Assembly: GCA_963717505.1 (NCBI GenBank)
Contig: OY970342.1
Coordinates: 2,208,001 to 2,272,000 of the forward strand
Direction: 5' to 3'
From: Candidatus Eiseniibacteriota bacterium
GTDB taxonomy: Bacteria; Eisenbacteria; RBG-16-71-46
Length of the DNA stretch: 64,000 bases
Part shown: in pieces, positions 18,961 through 28,880 of the stretch
Numbering within the stretch: the stretch's first letter is position 1
Layout of the letters: the number at the start of each line of letters is the position of its first letter
Program-made: the position numbers and the translations under genes
Notes under the pieces: model-generated
The model's database searches: none
Told to the model about the DNA's origin: nothing
The model's input: the letters and a program-made list of their open reading frames with translations, nothing else

Positions 18961-21900
18961 ATGAAGTCTCGTGTTCGTATAGCGCTCGCTTGTTTCCTCG
19001 TATTCGCCGCGTCGATGACACACGCCGATACCACACCACTCCCGATCCTCTCGTGGGGAAGTTTCGGCAACGCCCCCGGGCAGTTCTACAACGCGCAGGG
19101 ACTCGCGGTCGACGGCACGGGCCGCGTCTACGTGGTCGACGTGAACCTCAATCGCGTCCAGGTATTCAGCCGCACCGGCTTCTTCCTCTTTCAGTGGGGT
19201 GTTTCCGGCTCGGGGAACGGTCAGTTCCAGGGCCCGATCGGTGTTGCAGTCGATCCCGCCGGCAACGTCTACATCACCGATGGCTCCAATCAACGCGTGC
19301 AGAAGTTCACCGGCGAAGGCGAGTACATCACGCAATGGGGTGTGTCGGGGTCCGGACCGGGAGAGTTCTCTCAGCCGACCGGAATCGCGACTGACGACGA
19401 TGGCCACGTCTTCGTGGCCGACATGTACAACTACCGCATCCAGAAATTCACCGACACCGGCGACTTCCTCGCGCAATGGGGCGCCTACGGCGGCGGTCCG
19501 GGCGAGTTCGCCAATCCCAACGGCATTGCCACCGACCCCGATGGCAACGTCTATGTCACCGATACATACAGCTATCGCGTCCAGAAATTCGACAACGCGG
19601 GAACATTCCTGACTCAGTGGGGGTCGTACGGCGCGGGCGAGGGGCAGTTCTCCTCGCCGATTGGCATTGCGGCTGACGACAGCGCCGTCTACGTCGTGGA
19701 GCAACAAAACCAACGAGCCCAGAAGTTCTCGCACGACGGGGAGTTCATTCTCAAATGGGGATCGCCGGGCAGCTCCCTGGGCCGCTTCAACTATCCCTAC
19801 GGCCTGGCACTTGACGACTCGAGCAACGTGTACATCACCGATTCGGGCTACCGCATACAGAAGTTCGGTCGACGGGTGACCGCGCGGATTTCCGTCCCCG
19901 GCGATTTCAGCACTATTGGCCAGGCGATTCTTGCCGCGGGCTTTGGGGACACCATCGTGGTCGATCCGGGCGTCTACTACGAGCAGGTCAATACCCAGGG
20001 TAAGGCGATGGTGCTCGCGAGTCGGTTCGTCGATACGGGCGATCCGGCCGACATCGACAACACCGTAATCGACGGCCAGGGCTACGGGACGCCGCTGACC
20101 TGTTCTTCAAACGAAGACCTGGGAACGCACGTCGTCGGCTTCACGCTTCGCAATGGCCAGGGCTACTACGGAGGCGGAATCGCGTGCAATTCGGGCAGCC
20201 CGCGGCTCGAGCATCTGATCGTCCGAGGCAACGGAGCCTATCTCGGGGGTGGGGTCTTCATCGGGTTCAGCAGCGCTCCGGAGTTTCTGTCGTGCACCAT
20301 CGCCGGCAATCGGGCGAACACCGGAGGCGGAATCTTCAACTTCAGTTCGTCCGTCGTGGGCACTCCGACCCAGCGCTGCAACATCTACGACAACCGGAAT
20401 ATCTCCGGTCCGGACCTGGGCGCCGACCTCTACGGTCAGGGCTATCCCTCGACCGTGTACGTCGACACGTTCACGACCACGCGCTTCGACGAGGCTCAGG
20501 TCCATCCGACCGGGATCACCACCATCGACGCGTTGCACTCCCACTATCCCGAGATCTCGGCGCACGACATCTATGTCTCGCCCTCGGGCGACAACGGCAA
20601 CGACGGGCTCACGCCGGGATCCGCCCTCAGGAACATCTTCGCCGCGATCTTGCGCGCCGCGCCACTTCCAGGTGATTCGATCACCATCCACGTGGCGGCC
20701 GGACTCTACAGCCCATCTGCGAACGAGGAAAGGACGTTACATCCACGCAGCTTCGTGTCGGTGGCCGGCGAGGACAGCGGCACGACCATCGTCGACGGCG
20801 ACTCGCAGATCGGGATGGTCTACTGCGATCGGGACAGCGTCTTCGATCTGTCGAATCTCACGTTCCGAAACGGCATCATGGCCGGCGGCGCGATTCACGT
20901 CGAGCGGTCGAGCCCACGCATCACGCGCTGCGTCATCCGGGCGCACATCTCCTATTCGACGAACCCAGGCGACGCCGGGATCTACTGCGTGAACGCGTCG
21001 AATCCCACCATCCAGGAATGCACGTTCGCCGAAAACTATGGCCCCGGCATCTGGTGCGAGCAGTCGAGTCATCCCACGATCCGAGACAACCTGTTCGTGG
21101 CCAATGCCCGCGGCGGCGTGATGTGTGGTTCGGGGTCGTCCCCCGTGATCGAAGGGAACACGATCATTGGCGCACCCGGGGGGTATGGTAGCGGCATCGA
21201 GGTCAGGGACTTTTCCAACGCGTGGATCTACGGCAACACCATCGTCGGGAACAGCGCCGCGCGTGGTGGCGGTATTGCGGTCAACTATGCCGACCCGGTG
21301 ATTCGCGGCAACACGCTCGTGGGGAACGTGGCCTCCAGCGGGTTCGGCGACCACGGCGGGGGCGGGATCTGGTGCCAGGATTCGCACGCGGTCATCGACT
21401 CGAATCGATTCGAGGGGAATCGCGCGACCGGGTCGCTGCCCGAGGGCGGGGCCGTGTTCTGCAAGTACCAGGGTCCGACGATCACGCGCAACACCTTCGT
21501 CGACAACGTGGCGCAGGACACGGTGGGATATCTGTTCGCGATTGGCCGTGGCGGCGCGATCTTCATCCAGTTGTCGAACCCGGTGATCGGTGGCGGGCCG
21601 GGCCTGGGAAACACGTTCTCCGGAAACTTCGCCGTCGTCGGCGCCGACCTCTATTGGACCTCGAGCTTCGCCGAAGCGCAGCACGCTCCAATCGCAAGCG
21701 AAGCCCATCACCCGTCGGAGTTCGTCACGGCGGCGCCCGTCGCGGCGTCGGCGCTGAACGGGGTTTCGATCGATGCGACCTTCAACCACTTCCGCGTCTA
21801 CCCCGTCACGGCCTACTACGCAACACCGCTCTCGGCCTTCAACCTGAGCGACGGTACCGGCGACGTGGCTCCATTCGCAGAAGATGCCTATGTCTCGCCG

Positions 21901-23454
21901 ACCGGGGACGATGGCAATACGGGAACCAGCCCCGACTCTCCCCTCCGAACGATCCAATCGGCGTTGAGTCGCATGCTGACGACGTCGGGCACGCCGCACG
22001 CCGTCCACGTGGCGGCCGGAACGTACTCGCCGTCGTTGACCGGTGAGCGATTCCCGGTGCCGATGCCGAGCTATGCCTCATTGCGCGGCGCAGGCTCGCG
22101 GGAGTCGATCCTGGATGCCGAGGGCACCGCCACCGTCGTCGTGCTGGACGGGGTCACCGACGTCACGATCTCAGGCCTGCGTATGCAAGGTGGCAGGGCC
22201 GGTGCGGGCGGCGGAGTCTTCTGCCGCGCCAGCGCGTGCAGCCTGCTCGACAACGCGATTCGCGGGAACACGGCGAGCCTGGGCGGCGGCATCTACTGCA
22301 CTCAGGGCGGAGCCGCGATCGTCGCCAACAATCAAATCGTCATGAATCGGGCCAGCGGCCCGAGCGGCTATGCGCGAGTCGGCGGTGGGCTCACGGCCAA
22401 CGACCACGCGAATGTCGAGCTGACCAACAATGTGATCGCGCTCAACATCGCGGGCGAACAGGGCGGCGGGCTGGTGATCTGGAACCAGTCGACCGCCAGG
22501 ATGGTGAACAACACGGTCGCGTTCAATCTGGCCAATGTCAACGGCGGCGCCCTCAACATCTTCGATTCACCGGTCGAGATCCGGAACAGCATCCTGCACA
22601 GCAATGTGTCGGGGGTCGGCGGTCAGATCTCGGGAGCAGCACCGAACGTTACCTATTCGAACGTGGAAGGCGGTTGGCCCGGCACCGGCAACTTGAATGT
22701 CGATCCGCTGTTCGACGAGGCGGCGTTCCTGCATCTCGGGCCCGGCTCGCCGTGCATCGACGCCGGCGACCCCACGGCCACCGAGAACGATCCGGAGGAT
22801 CCATCGCTGCCGGGCATGGCGCGACTTCCGGCACTCGGCACGGTGTGCAACGACATGGGCGCCTTCGGCGGACCTGGAGCGGGAGGGAATCGAGGGGACG
22901 TCCCGACCGCGACGCTGCTTTCGCTGACTTCGGCTTCGGCCGGGCCCGAAGGGGTGAGCCTCACGTGGTATGGCGCCTTCGGGATGTTCTCCGACGTCGT
23001 TGTTCAGCGCCGCGCGCTCGACTCCGAGTGGATCGAGTTGGGACCGGCCACGGTCGAAGGCACAGGCGCGATCCGCTTCGTCGACACCGACGTCGAGGTC
23101 GGTGCGACGTTCCTCTATCGCCTCGAATACCAGATGGGCGGATACCGGCAAGTCACGGACGAAGTGTTGATCCGGATTCCGGCGGCTTCGACTTTCGCGC
23201 TGCGAGGGCTACGTCCCAATCCCGCGGTGGATGGGTTGGTGGTCGACTTCACGTTGCCGACGCGCGAGTCGGCGCGCATCGAGCTGCTCGATATCACGGG
23301 CCGGCGCGTGTTGTCGCGTGACGTGGGCCAGCTGGGCGCCGGGCGCCATTTGGTCGAGATCGGCAGGGTGGACCGTATGGCGCCGGGACTCTACTTCCTG
23401 CGCCTGCAGCAGGGGGGACGCTTCAAGACGGCGAAGGCGATTGTGGCTCGTTAG
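18961..23454 (+). CDS. Secreted protein: NHL repeats + DUF1565-like/right-handed beta-helix modules + T9SS-like C-terminal domain
   Basis: Six WG..G...GQF..P.GIAVD..GNVY..D..N.RVQKF repeats; two YVSPxGDxGNxG..P..LRxI modules; many N.A..GGGI repeats; PNP..LLDITGRRV..PGLYFLRL. Confidence 0.88.
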   Translation: MKSRVRIALACFLVFAASMTHADTTPLPILSWGSFGNAPGQFYNAQGLAVDGTGRVYVVDVNLNRVQVFSRTGFFLFQWGVSGSGNGQFQGPIGVAVDPAGNVYITDGSNQRVQKFTGEGEYITQWGVSGSGPGEFSQPTGIATDDDGHVFVADMYNYRIQKFTDTGDFLAQWGAYGGGPGEFANPNGIATDPDGNVYVTDTYSYRVQKFDNAGTFLTQWGSYGAGEGQFSSPIGIAADDSAVYVVEQQNQRAQKFSHDGEFILKWGSPGSSLGRFNYPYGLALDDSSNVYITDSGYRIQKFGRRVTARISVPGDFSTIGQAILAAGFGDTIVVDPGVYYEQVNTQGKAMVLASRFVDTGDPADIDNTVIDGQGYGTPLTCSSNEDLGTHVVGFTLRNGQGYYGGGIACNSGSPRLEHLIVRGNGAYLGGGVFIGFSSAPEFLSCTIAGNRANTGGGIFNFSSSVVGTPTQRCNIYDNRNISGPDLGADLYGQGYPSTVYVDTFTTTRFDEAQVHPTGITTIDALHSHYPEISAHDIYVSPSGDNGNDGLTPGSALRNIFAAILRAAPLPGDSITIHVAAGLYSPSANEERTLHPRSFVSVAGEDSGTTIVDGDSQIGMVYCDRDSVFDLSNLTFRNGIMAGGAIHVERSSPRITRCVIRAHISYSTNPGDAGIYCVNASNPTIQECTFAENYGPGIWCEQSSHPTIRDNLFVANARGGVMCGSGSSPVIEGNTIIGAPGGYGSGIEVRDFSNAWIYGNTIVGNSAARGGGIAVNYADPVIRGNTLVGNVASSGFGDHGGGGIWCQDSHAVIDSNRFEGNRATGSLPEGGAVFCKYQGPTITRNTFVDNVAQDTVGYLFAIGRGGAIFIQLSNPVIGGGPGLGNTFSGNFAVVGADLYWTSSFAEAQHAPIASEAHHPSEFVTAAPVAASALNGVSIDATFNHFRVYPVTAYYATPLSAFNLSDGTGDVAPFAEDAYVSPTGDDGNTGTSPDSPLRTIQSALSRMLTTSGTPHAVHVAAGTYSPSLTGERFPVPMPSYASLRGAGSRESILDAEGTATVVVLDGVTDVTISGLRMQGGRAGAGGGVFCRASACSLLDNAIRGNTASLGGGIYCTQGGAAIVANNQIVMNRASGPSGYARVGGGLTANDHANVELTNNVIALNIAGEQGGGLVIWNQSTARMVNNTVAFNLANVNGGALNIFDSPVEIRNSILHSNVSGVGGQISGAAPNVTYSNVEGGWPGTGNLNVDPLFDEAAFLHLGPGSPCIDAGDPTATENDPEDPSLPGMARLPALGTVCNDMGAFGGPGAGGNRGDVPTATLLSLTSASAGPEGVSLTWYGAFGMFSDVVVQRRALDSEWIELGPATVEGTGAIRFVDTDVEVGATFLYRLEYQMGGYRQVTDEVLIRIPAASTFALRGLRPNPAVDGLVVDFTLPTRESARIELLDITGRRVLSRDVGQLGAGRHLVEIGRVDRMAPGLYFLRLQQGGRFKTAKAIVAR

Positions 23455-24388
23455 CCTGTTCCGCGAAGAACTCGACGTGAACCGGCTTTCCGTCCACGAG
23501 TAGCGCCGCGCCCTTGAGGTTATCGGCCGTGAGGCGGACGTCCTCGCCGGTGCCTGGCGACTGGAATTGCTCCGTCTTGGCTTCCTGCAACCTGCGAAGC
23601 CAGTCTGCGATTGCCTGGCGATCGACCGTCTTCGACGAGTCCTGCGGTTCTTCGAGCGCATCGATGGCGTACGAGCGAATCAGCTTGGGCCACAGCTTGA
23701 CCAAGGTCTCGGGCGAGTCGAAGAGATCACCTCCCACGATGCGGTCCCCGATGGCGAACACGACCCCGTAGGCGTCGTCCGGAGCAGAAAACCGATCCTC
23801 GATCTCCTTCAGGAGCTTCTCGTGATCCTCGAAGACCTGGTGCAGAGCCTGGGACGCCGACGGCGACTTCATGGCTAACATCTTGCGCGACACCTCGCTC
23901 CAGACACCGAGCTGGTCAGACTTGGGTGTTCCCCCGACCTTGTACGCCAAAGTCGCGGAGTCATGAACCATGGATCGCAGCTTGCTGTGCGATGAATAGC
24001 CGGATGACTTCAGGTGTCGGGATAGATACGACCAGCGTCCCTGCTCGACGCAACTCACGGGGATCGGCAGCTCCTGTTCCGCCGGCACCATGATGCTGAC
24101 GTTGATGATGCGGTTCTGCTTGGCTCCGATCAGCTCCTCGCCGGCCATGACGAAGATCGGTCGGGGGCTGTTGTTCTTCACCAGCAAGTCGGGGACGCTG
24201 CCGCCGGTCGAGACCTCGGTGATCTCGATCGAATTGGTCTCCAGGGCCTCGTCGAGCGTCATGTAGTCGACGGCCTTCGAGCCCTTCCAACGAATCGCGA
24301 AGCATTGGAGGCCACTGGCCTCTTTCGGGTCGCTGGACTCGAGTGTCGAGAGACTCTCGAGAAGCTGATCGATCTGTGCGGTAGGCAT
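23423..24388 (-). CDS. DUF6569 / ARPP-1-like family protein
   Basis: YMTLDEAL..ITEVSTGGSVPDLLVKN..GEELIGAKQNRIIN..IPVSCVEQGRW..Q..VW..LIRSYAIDA; family recalled from motif pattern. Confidence 0.7.
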   Translation of the reverse strand: MPTAQIDQLLESLSTLESSDPKEASGLQCFAIRWKGSKAVDYMTLDEALETNSIEITEVSTGGSVPDLLVKNNSPRPIFVMAGEELIGAKQNRIINVSIMVPAEQELPIPVSCVEQGRWSYLSRHLKSSGYSSHSKLRSMVHDSATLAYKVGGTPKSDQLGVWSEVSRKMLAMKSPSASQALHQVFEDHEKLLKEIEDRFSAPDDAYGVVFAIGDRIVGGDLFDSPETLVKLWPKLIRSYAIDALEEPQDSSKTVDRQAIADWLRRLQEAKTEQFQSPGTGEDVRLTADNLKGAALLVDGKPVHVEFFAEQANEPQSPSPS

Positions 24389-24425
24389 GGGCGGGAGGAT
24401 ACCGCAAGTGGCGTGGTGAAGTCCC

Positions 24426-25310
24426 CTACTTTGGGCCCGCCTCGGGGTGGGTTTCCAGGCCAATGGGCAGCGTGATCGCGAGGGCGACCACCAGCACCGC
24501 ATAGGCCGCCGCGATGATCAGCCGCTGAGTGCCGGAGATCGCGTCGTATCCCGGAATCGGGTTTCGCCAGCGCTGCCAGAGCGTGAAGAGCCCGACGGCG
24601 AGCACGATCAACAGCAGGGCCGACTGAGTCACGACGAACGCGAGCACGCCGAGCGCGTAACCCGCGATCCAGAACGCCCGGCTGAAGGCCCCCGCAATGC
24701 GGCCGCCGTCGAGTGGCGAGACCGGAATCAGGTTGAACAGATTGAGCATGATGCCCGCATGGCCGAGCGTGACGAGCATCGGCTGTTGCGCCACGAGTCC
24801 GGCCGCGAGCACCGCCCATGCGCCGAGCGAACCCAGAATGGGCCCGCCGATTGCGACCTTGGCTTCGACGTACGCATCGCGCGGCTGCCCGCGCATCGCG
24901 ATGAACGCCCCGAGGAAGGGAATGAACACCGGCGCACCGGCGGGAATGCCCTCTCGACGAAGCACGATCCAGTGCCCGAGTTCGTGAACGAAGATCAGGA
25001 GGACGATGCCGACCGCAAACGGCCAGCCCCATTCGAGTCCGTAAAGACCGATGCTCAGCAGCATCGTCCCCAGGGTCTTGAGTTTCAGGACCCCGGCGAG
25101 AATCCCGAGGAACTTGAACTTCGAGAGCAGGAACACGAGTGCCGCGCCGGCGCCGCCGAGCAGGGTGTTGCGGGTGCGATGGTGGGCGTCTGCCTTGGGC
25201 TGCTCGGCGCTCGCGGGTCGACCTGGCGCCTTGGCGCTCGACGCCGCGAGCAATGCGCGGAGGTTCTCGATGCGCTTCTGTTGTTCCGCTTCCGTGTTCG
25301 GGTCGCTCAT
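24426..25310 (-). CDS. Site-2 protease (peptidase M50) membrane protein
   Basis: HELGH zinc motif, FIPFLGA, GGP, NLFNLIPVSPLDGGR; start ATG 25310. Confidence 0.9.
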   Translation of the reverse strand: MSDPNTEAEQQKRIENLRALLAASSAKAPGRPASAEQPKADAHHRTRNTLLGGAGAALVFLLSKFKFLGILAGVLKLKTLGTMLLSIGLYGLEWGWPFAVGIVLLIFVHELGHWIVLRREGIPAGAPVFIPFLGAFIAMRGQPRDAYVEAKVAIGGPILGSLGAWAVLAAGLVAQQPMLVTLGHAGIMLNLFNLIPVSPLDGGRIAGAFSRAFWIAGYALGVLAFVVTQSALLLIVLAVGLFTLWQRWRNPIPGYDAISGTQRLIIAAAYAVLVVALAITLPIGLETHPEAGPK

Positions 25311-25921
25311 GCCGCGGGGCTGGGCGGAAGCTTGAAGGGCTTGGGAATCTTCCAGGCTTCGTAGACCACGATCGCGAGGAACACCAGGTCCATCACCCCG
25401 AATCCGACCCCGATCACGCGAATCAACTGGTCGAGGCTCTGGGGTGGGAAGCCGATGCGGTACGCCTCGCCTTCTGCAGCAAACGCCCGGTTGACGAACG
25501 TGGCATTCACGAAATAGGTCGCGCCGGCGTAGCTGGCGAGCGCGACGATGATGGAGAGGATCTGCAGTCCGCCCGAGCGCTTGCCACCGGCGAATCGGAC
25601 CGCCCCGTGCCCGACCAGGAACCCGATCACCACCGCCAACAGGCCGACCGACCAGTTGGTGGCCACGGTGAATCCCCACCACGCCGCGCCACCAACGGCG
25701 CCGCCCAGGACGGCTCCGGCCGTGGCGTTGATGTAGTTGATGTCCGAGGATTGGGCGGCAACCGCCTGCTCCAGTTCCGCACGGAGGGACGCATGGCACG
25801 TGCGGCAGAACGCGCGGTCCCCGACGGCGACGCGGTCGTCGGGAGTCAGGGTCTTCGAACATTGCGCGCACGTCGCCAAGCCCGCGTCGGGCACGCTGGT
25901 TTCGTTCACCTGTTCGCTCAC
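25307..25921 (-). CDS. Membrane protein with N-terminal CxxC-CxxC zinc-finger-like motif
   Basis: CAQC..CRTC followed by about four TM segments; AAGGGAG RBS before GTG; stop overlaps the M50 start. Confidence 0.7.
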   Translation of the reverse strand: MSEQVNETSVPDAGLATCAQCSKTLTPDDRVAVGDRAFCRTCHASLRAELEQAVAAQSSDINYINATAGAVLGGAVGGAAWWGFTVATNWSVGLLAVVIGFLVGHGAVRFAGGKRSGGLQILSIIVALASYAGATYFVNATFVNRAFAAEGEAYRIGFPPQSLDQLIRVIGVGFGVMDLVFLAIVVYEAWKIPKPFKLPPSPAA

Positions 25922-26086
25922 GAGGAACTCCCTTCCGTGGGGCCGCGATCGAGCGGTTCGCTGCACTGCCGATCCGCGCGGCCGGGGTCGCAGTGTCGTT
26001 CAGGGCGAGCGAGAGGGTATTCGCCGGACGCGCGCGGTACAATCGAATTCGCGAGGCCGGTCGTAGGGGTAAATAGGAGGCGCTTC

Positions 26087-26383
26087 ATGACGTCCACCAT
26101 CGTGATCCAGCATCCAGTAGCCGATTTCCAGACGTGGAAGAAGATGTTCGACAGTGATCCGCTCGGTCGGGCGCAGAACGGTGTCACCGGGCACTCGATC
26201 TATCGGACGGCGGACTCCAACCTGGTCGTCATCCACCTCGAGTTCGCATCGCGCCAGCAGGCGGAGGTCTATCTTCCGAAACTGCGAGAGCTGTGGAAAC
26301 GAGTGGGCGACAAGGTCGGCTTTGCTGACGCCGGAGGTGTTCAGGCGGGGATCTTCGACCAGGTGGAGAGGGTGGCCTACTGA
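26087..26383 (+). CDS. Small dimeric alpha/beta-barrel-like hypothetical protein
   Basis: AGGAGG RBS; HPVADFQTWKKMFDSDPLGR..GV..IYR..LVVIHLEF. Confidence 0.7.
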   Translation: MTSTIVIQHPVADFQTWKKMFDSDPLGRAQNGVTGHSIYRTADSNLVVIHLEFASRQQAEVYLPKLRELWKRVGDKVGFADAGGVQAGIFDQVERVAY

Positions 26384-26443
26384 ATGACGCGGTCATCCTC
26401 CGTCTGGGGGATGGCCGCGCCAGTCCTACGACGTCACCTCGTC

Positions 26444-28852
26444 CTAAGGCACCGCTACGACGTTCCCCGACGTTCCCGTGACGCCACTCGGCGCAGCACC
26501 CGATCCGCCCACGCCGCCCGGTCCGCCGATCCCCGGTCCGCCGATCAGATAGGTCGGACCCACGATTGACGGGGCCGAGGCGATGGCGCGCGCGATTCCA
26601 GCGCTCCAGCCGCCGGCTCCGCCCGATCCGCCGCCGCCCGTGCCACCGTTCCCTCCGCGTCCACCCGCGCCACCGGCCCCAGAATCACCGGCACCCAGGC
26701 CACCGGGTCCGCCATTGCCGCCGGCGCCGCCTGCACCGCCGGCTCCACCACCGCCGCCAGTTCCGCCGGTCCCCGTCGCAAACGAGCACGCGTTGAAGAT
26801 GGGTGAGGAGCTGACGAGGAAGACCGCGAATGACGCACCGCCACCAGTGCCGCCCGATCCGCCCGTGCCGTACCCGCCGCCGCCGCCGCCACCGCCACCA
26901 CCGCCGCCCATATCTGGCAGGCAGGGTCCTGCGCCGCTGTTGAGGCCGCCGCCACCACCGCCGCCGCCCGAAGCACCCTGGCCGCCGGTGCCTGAGCCAC
27001 CGATATTTCCAGCACCCGGAGTCCAGTTGCCGCCCATCACCGAGCCGGCTGCTCCAACCGGGCCGGCCGATCCGGGGCTCCCCGCGCAACCTGCCATGCC
27101 GACTCCGCCGTTACCGGCGACCACGAAGCACGCGCTCGATTTGGCGCCTCCCGCGCCGCCAGTGCCGCAACCGAGGGGGGGGTGCAGGACGACCGCACTC
27201 TCTCCGGGAAGACCCGCATTGTTGTAACCACCCTGGCCGCCCTGTACGCCCCTGGTTCCCCCGGGAGAACCAAGGTCGCCGCCACCCGCGGGGCCACCGC
27301 CGCTAGGGCTATCCGAGGCCCCGTTTCCTCCCGCGGGCGCGTTTGGTGCCGCGCCGCCTGGGATTCCGGCTGCGCCGACAGTGCCTGGTGCGCCGTTGCC
27401 CGCCACGAACTTGCAGTCGACGAATCGCAGGGCGTTGGAGCTGTTCTGTGTACGCAGCGCGATCGAGTTTGCGCCCGGCGCCACCGCGTTCGCGGCGCGC
27501 ACGTCGAGCCCGCTGATGATGGTCTGCACCACGATGTTGTTTGCGGCCGCCGGCACGCTGCCGACGTTGACGATGCTGTACGCACCGGGCGTTCGCACCC
27601 AGGTCGCCGGGTTGAAGCCGCCGTGCACCTCGATGCCGCCGGTGAAGGTCGGCACCTCGCCATACGAGTCGTTGGAAACCAGAACCTTGGGGGCGCACGA
27701 TGAGCTCACCGCCGCGGTGGCGGCATTGATTCCCGCCGCGATGGTCAGGAACGGGGAGGCCTTGCTGCCGTTGCCCACGGCCGAGCCGGTCGACGCCGAC
27801 ACATAGAAGGTGTCGGGGTCGTAGATCGTGAAGTTCACGACCGCGAAGCCGAATCCGCCGTCGTCGTCCCGCACGGTGAGCCGCGCACGGTAGGCGCCCG
27901 CCGAATAGAGATGGGTCGTGTTGCCGCTGACGGCGCTGCTGTAGTCGTTGATACCGTCGTCCTCGAAATCCCAGTCGTAGCGGACGATCGATCCGTCGGG
28001 ATCGCTACCCGTTCCGTTGAGCGAGACCGGGTCGAGCGCGCACGAGCCGACGACGTTTGCGCTCGCCGTCGGCGGGATGTTGCGGTTGAGCAGTAGTTCC
28101 ATGGAGCCGACGTCCACCGAGTCGCCGGCGAAGCTCAGCGTGCCACCGCTCGTGGCGTCGAGGAATCCGCCGTGTATGCCGGTGAGAACATGCGTTCCAA
28201 TCGGCACGTCGGTCATCACCCAATCGCCCGCGGCGTCGGTCACCGCCAGGAACGAGGTGCCATCCACATAGACCACGATTCCGGAATGGGACGCTTCGCC
28301 TTCGAGTGTCGCGACGCCCGAAAACGTGCCGGTCGGGAGCAGGCTGATGTTGACGAACGTGGTGTCGGCGGTGATCGTCGGAATGCCGATGCGCTCGAAG
28401 CCCGCCTGATGGTGGCGCGTGGTGCCGGTGACCAGGTAGTCGCCGACCGGCACGTCGTTGAAGGCGAACCGGCCCTGGCCGTCGGACACGGTCACGCGGA
28501 GGTTCTCGGAGTCGACGCCGGGGTCGAGGCCGGGCTTGCCGGCCGACAACGCGCTCGAGCCTGTGCCCACGACCTGCGGCCGCACGCTGAACGGCGCGTC
28601 GATCGTGCGACGCACCGCCGCCGATAGGCCGTTCACGACCGGCTCGAGAGTCACCACCACGCCCGCGCCGGGAGCATTGTTCTGGAGCCGGATGACCCCC
28701 GCGACCACGGCGCCGTTCGGCGTTTCGGCGATCGGTTCCAGAACACTCTGGCGACCGCAACCCGCGGCGAAGAACAGCGCCGCGATCAGGAGCGATCCGG
28801 CAGCTCCCCACGAAACCAGCAACGATGTCGAGCGGCGATGCGCGTGCGTCAT
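26444..28852 (-). CDS. Lipoprotein with carboxypeptidase-regulatory-like domains, PKD domain, DUF1565-like module and Gly-rich (PGRS-like) C-terminus
   Basis: Lipobox FAAGC; SDPDGSIVRYDWDF..YRARLTVRDDDG (PKD); FYVSASTG..GSKASPFLTIAAGI; long GGxGG tracts. Confidence 0.82.
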   Translation of the reverse strand: MTHAHRRSTSLLVSWGAAGSLLIAALFFAAGCGRQSVLEPIAETPNGAVVAGVIRLQNNAPGAGVVVTLEPVVNGLSAAVRRTIDAPFSVRPQVVGTGSSALSAGKPGLDPGVDSENLRVTVSDGQGRFAFNDVPVGDYLVTGTTRHHQAGFERIGIPTITADTTFVNISLLPTGTFSGVATLEGEASHSGIVVYVDGTSFLAVTDAAGDWVMTDVPIGTHVLTGIHGGFLDATSGGTLSFAGDSVDVGSMELLLNRNIPPTASANVVGSCALDPVSLNGTGSDPDGSIVRYDWDFEDDGINDYSSAVSGNTTHLYSAGAYRARLTVRDDDGGFGFAVVNFTIYDPDTFYVSASTGSAVGNGSKASPFLTIAAGINAATAAVSSSCAPKVLVSNDSYGEVPTFTGGIEVHGGFNPATWVRTPGAYSIVNVGSVPAAANNIVVQTIISGLDVRAANAVAPGANSIALRTQNSSNALRFVDCKFVAGNGAPGTVGAAGIPGGAAPNAPAGGNGASDSPSGGGPAGGGDLGSPGGTRGVQGGQGGYNNAGLPGESAVVLHPPLGCGTGGAGGAKSSACFVVAGNGGVGMAGCAGSPGSAGPVGAAGSVMGGNWTPGAGNIGGSGTGGQGASGGGGGGGGLNSGAGPCLPDMGGGGGGGGGGGGYGTGGSGGTGGGASFAVFLVSSSPIFNACSFATGTGGTGGGGGAGGAGGAGGNGGPGGLGAGDSGAGGAGGRGGNGGTGGGGSGGAGGWSAGIARAIASAPSIVGPTYLIGGPGIGGPGGVGGSGAAPSGVTGTSGNVVAVP

Positions 28853-28880
28853 GACAGTGCCTCCGGCTTAGGCATCGGGG

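Noticed and set aside
19030-19870. Regularly spaced nucleotide repeats suggesting a CRISPR or other array
   Set aside because: They are degenerate in-frame NHL protein repeats with no identical repeat/unique spacer pattern
25311-26086. Long N-terminal extensions of ORFs 24426-26042 (-) and 25139-26383 (+)
   Set aside because: High-GC read-through overlapping real genes; RBS- or overlap-supported starts are 25310 and 26087
26583-27227. Extremely Pro-rich 214-aa ORF on the + strand
   Set aside because: Antisense shadow of the Gly-rich tail of the 26444-28852 lipoprotein
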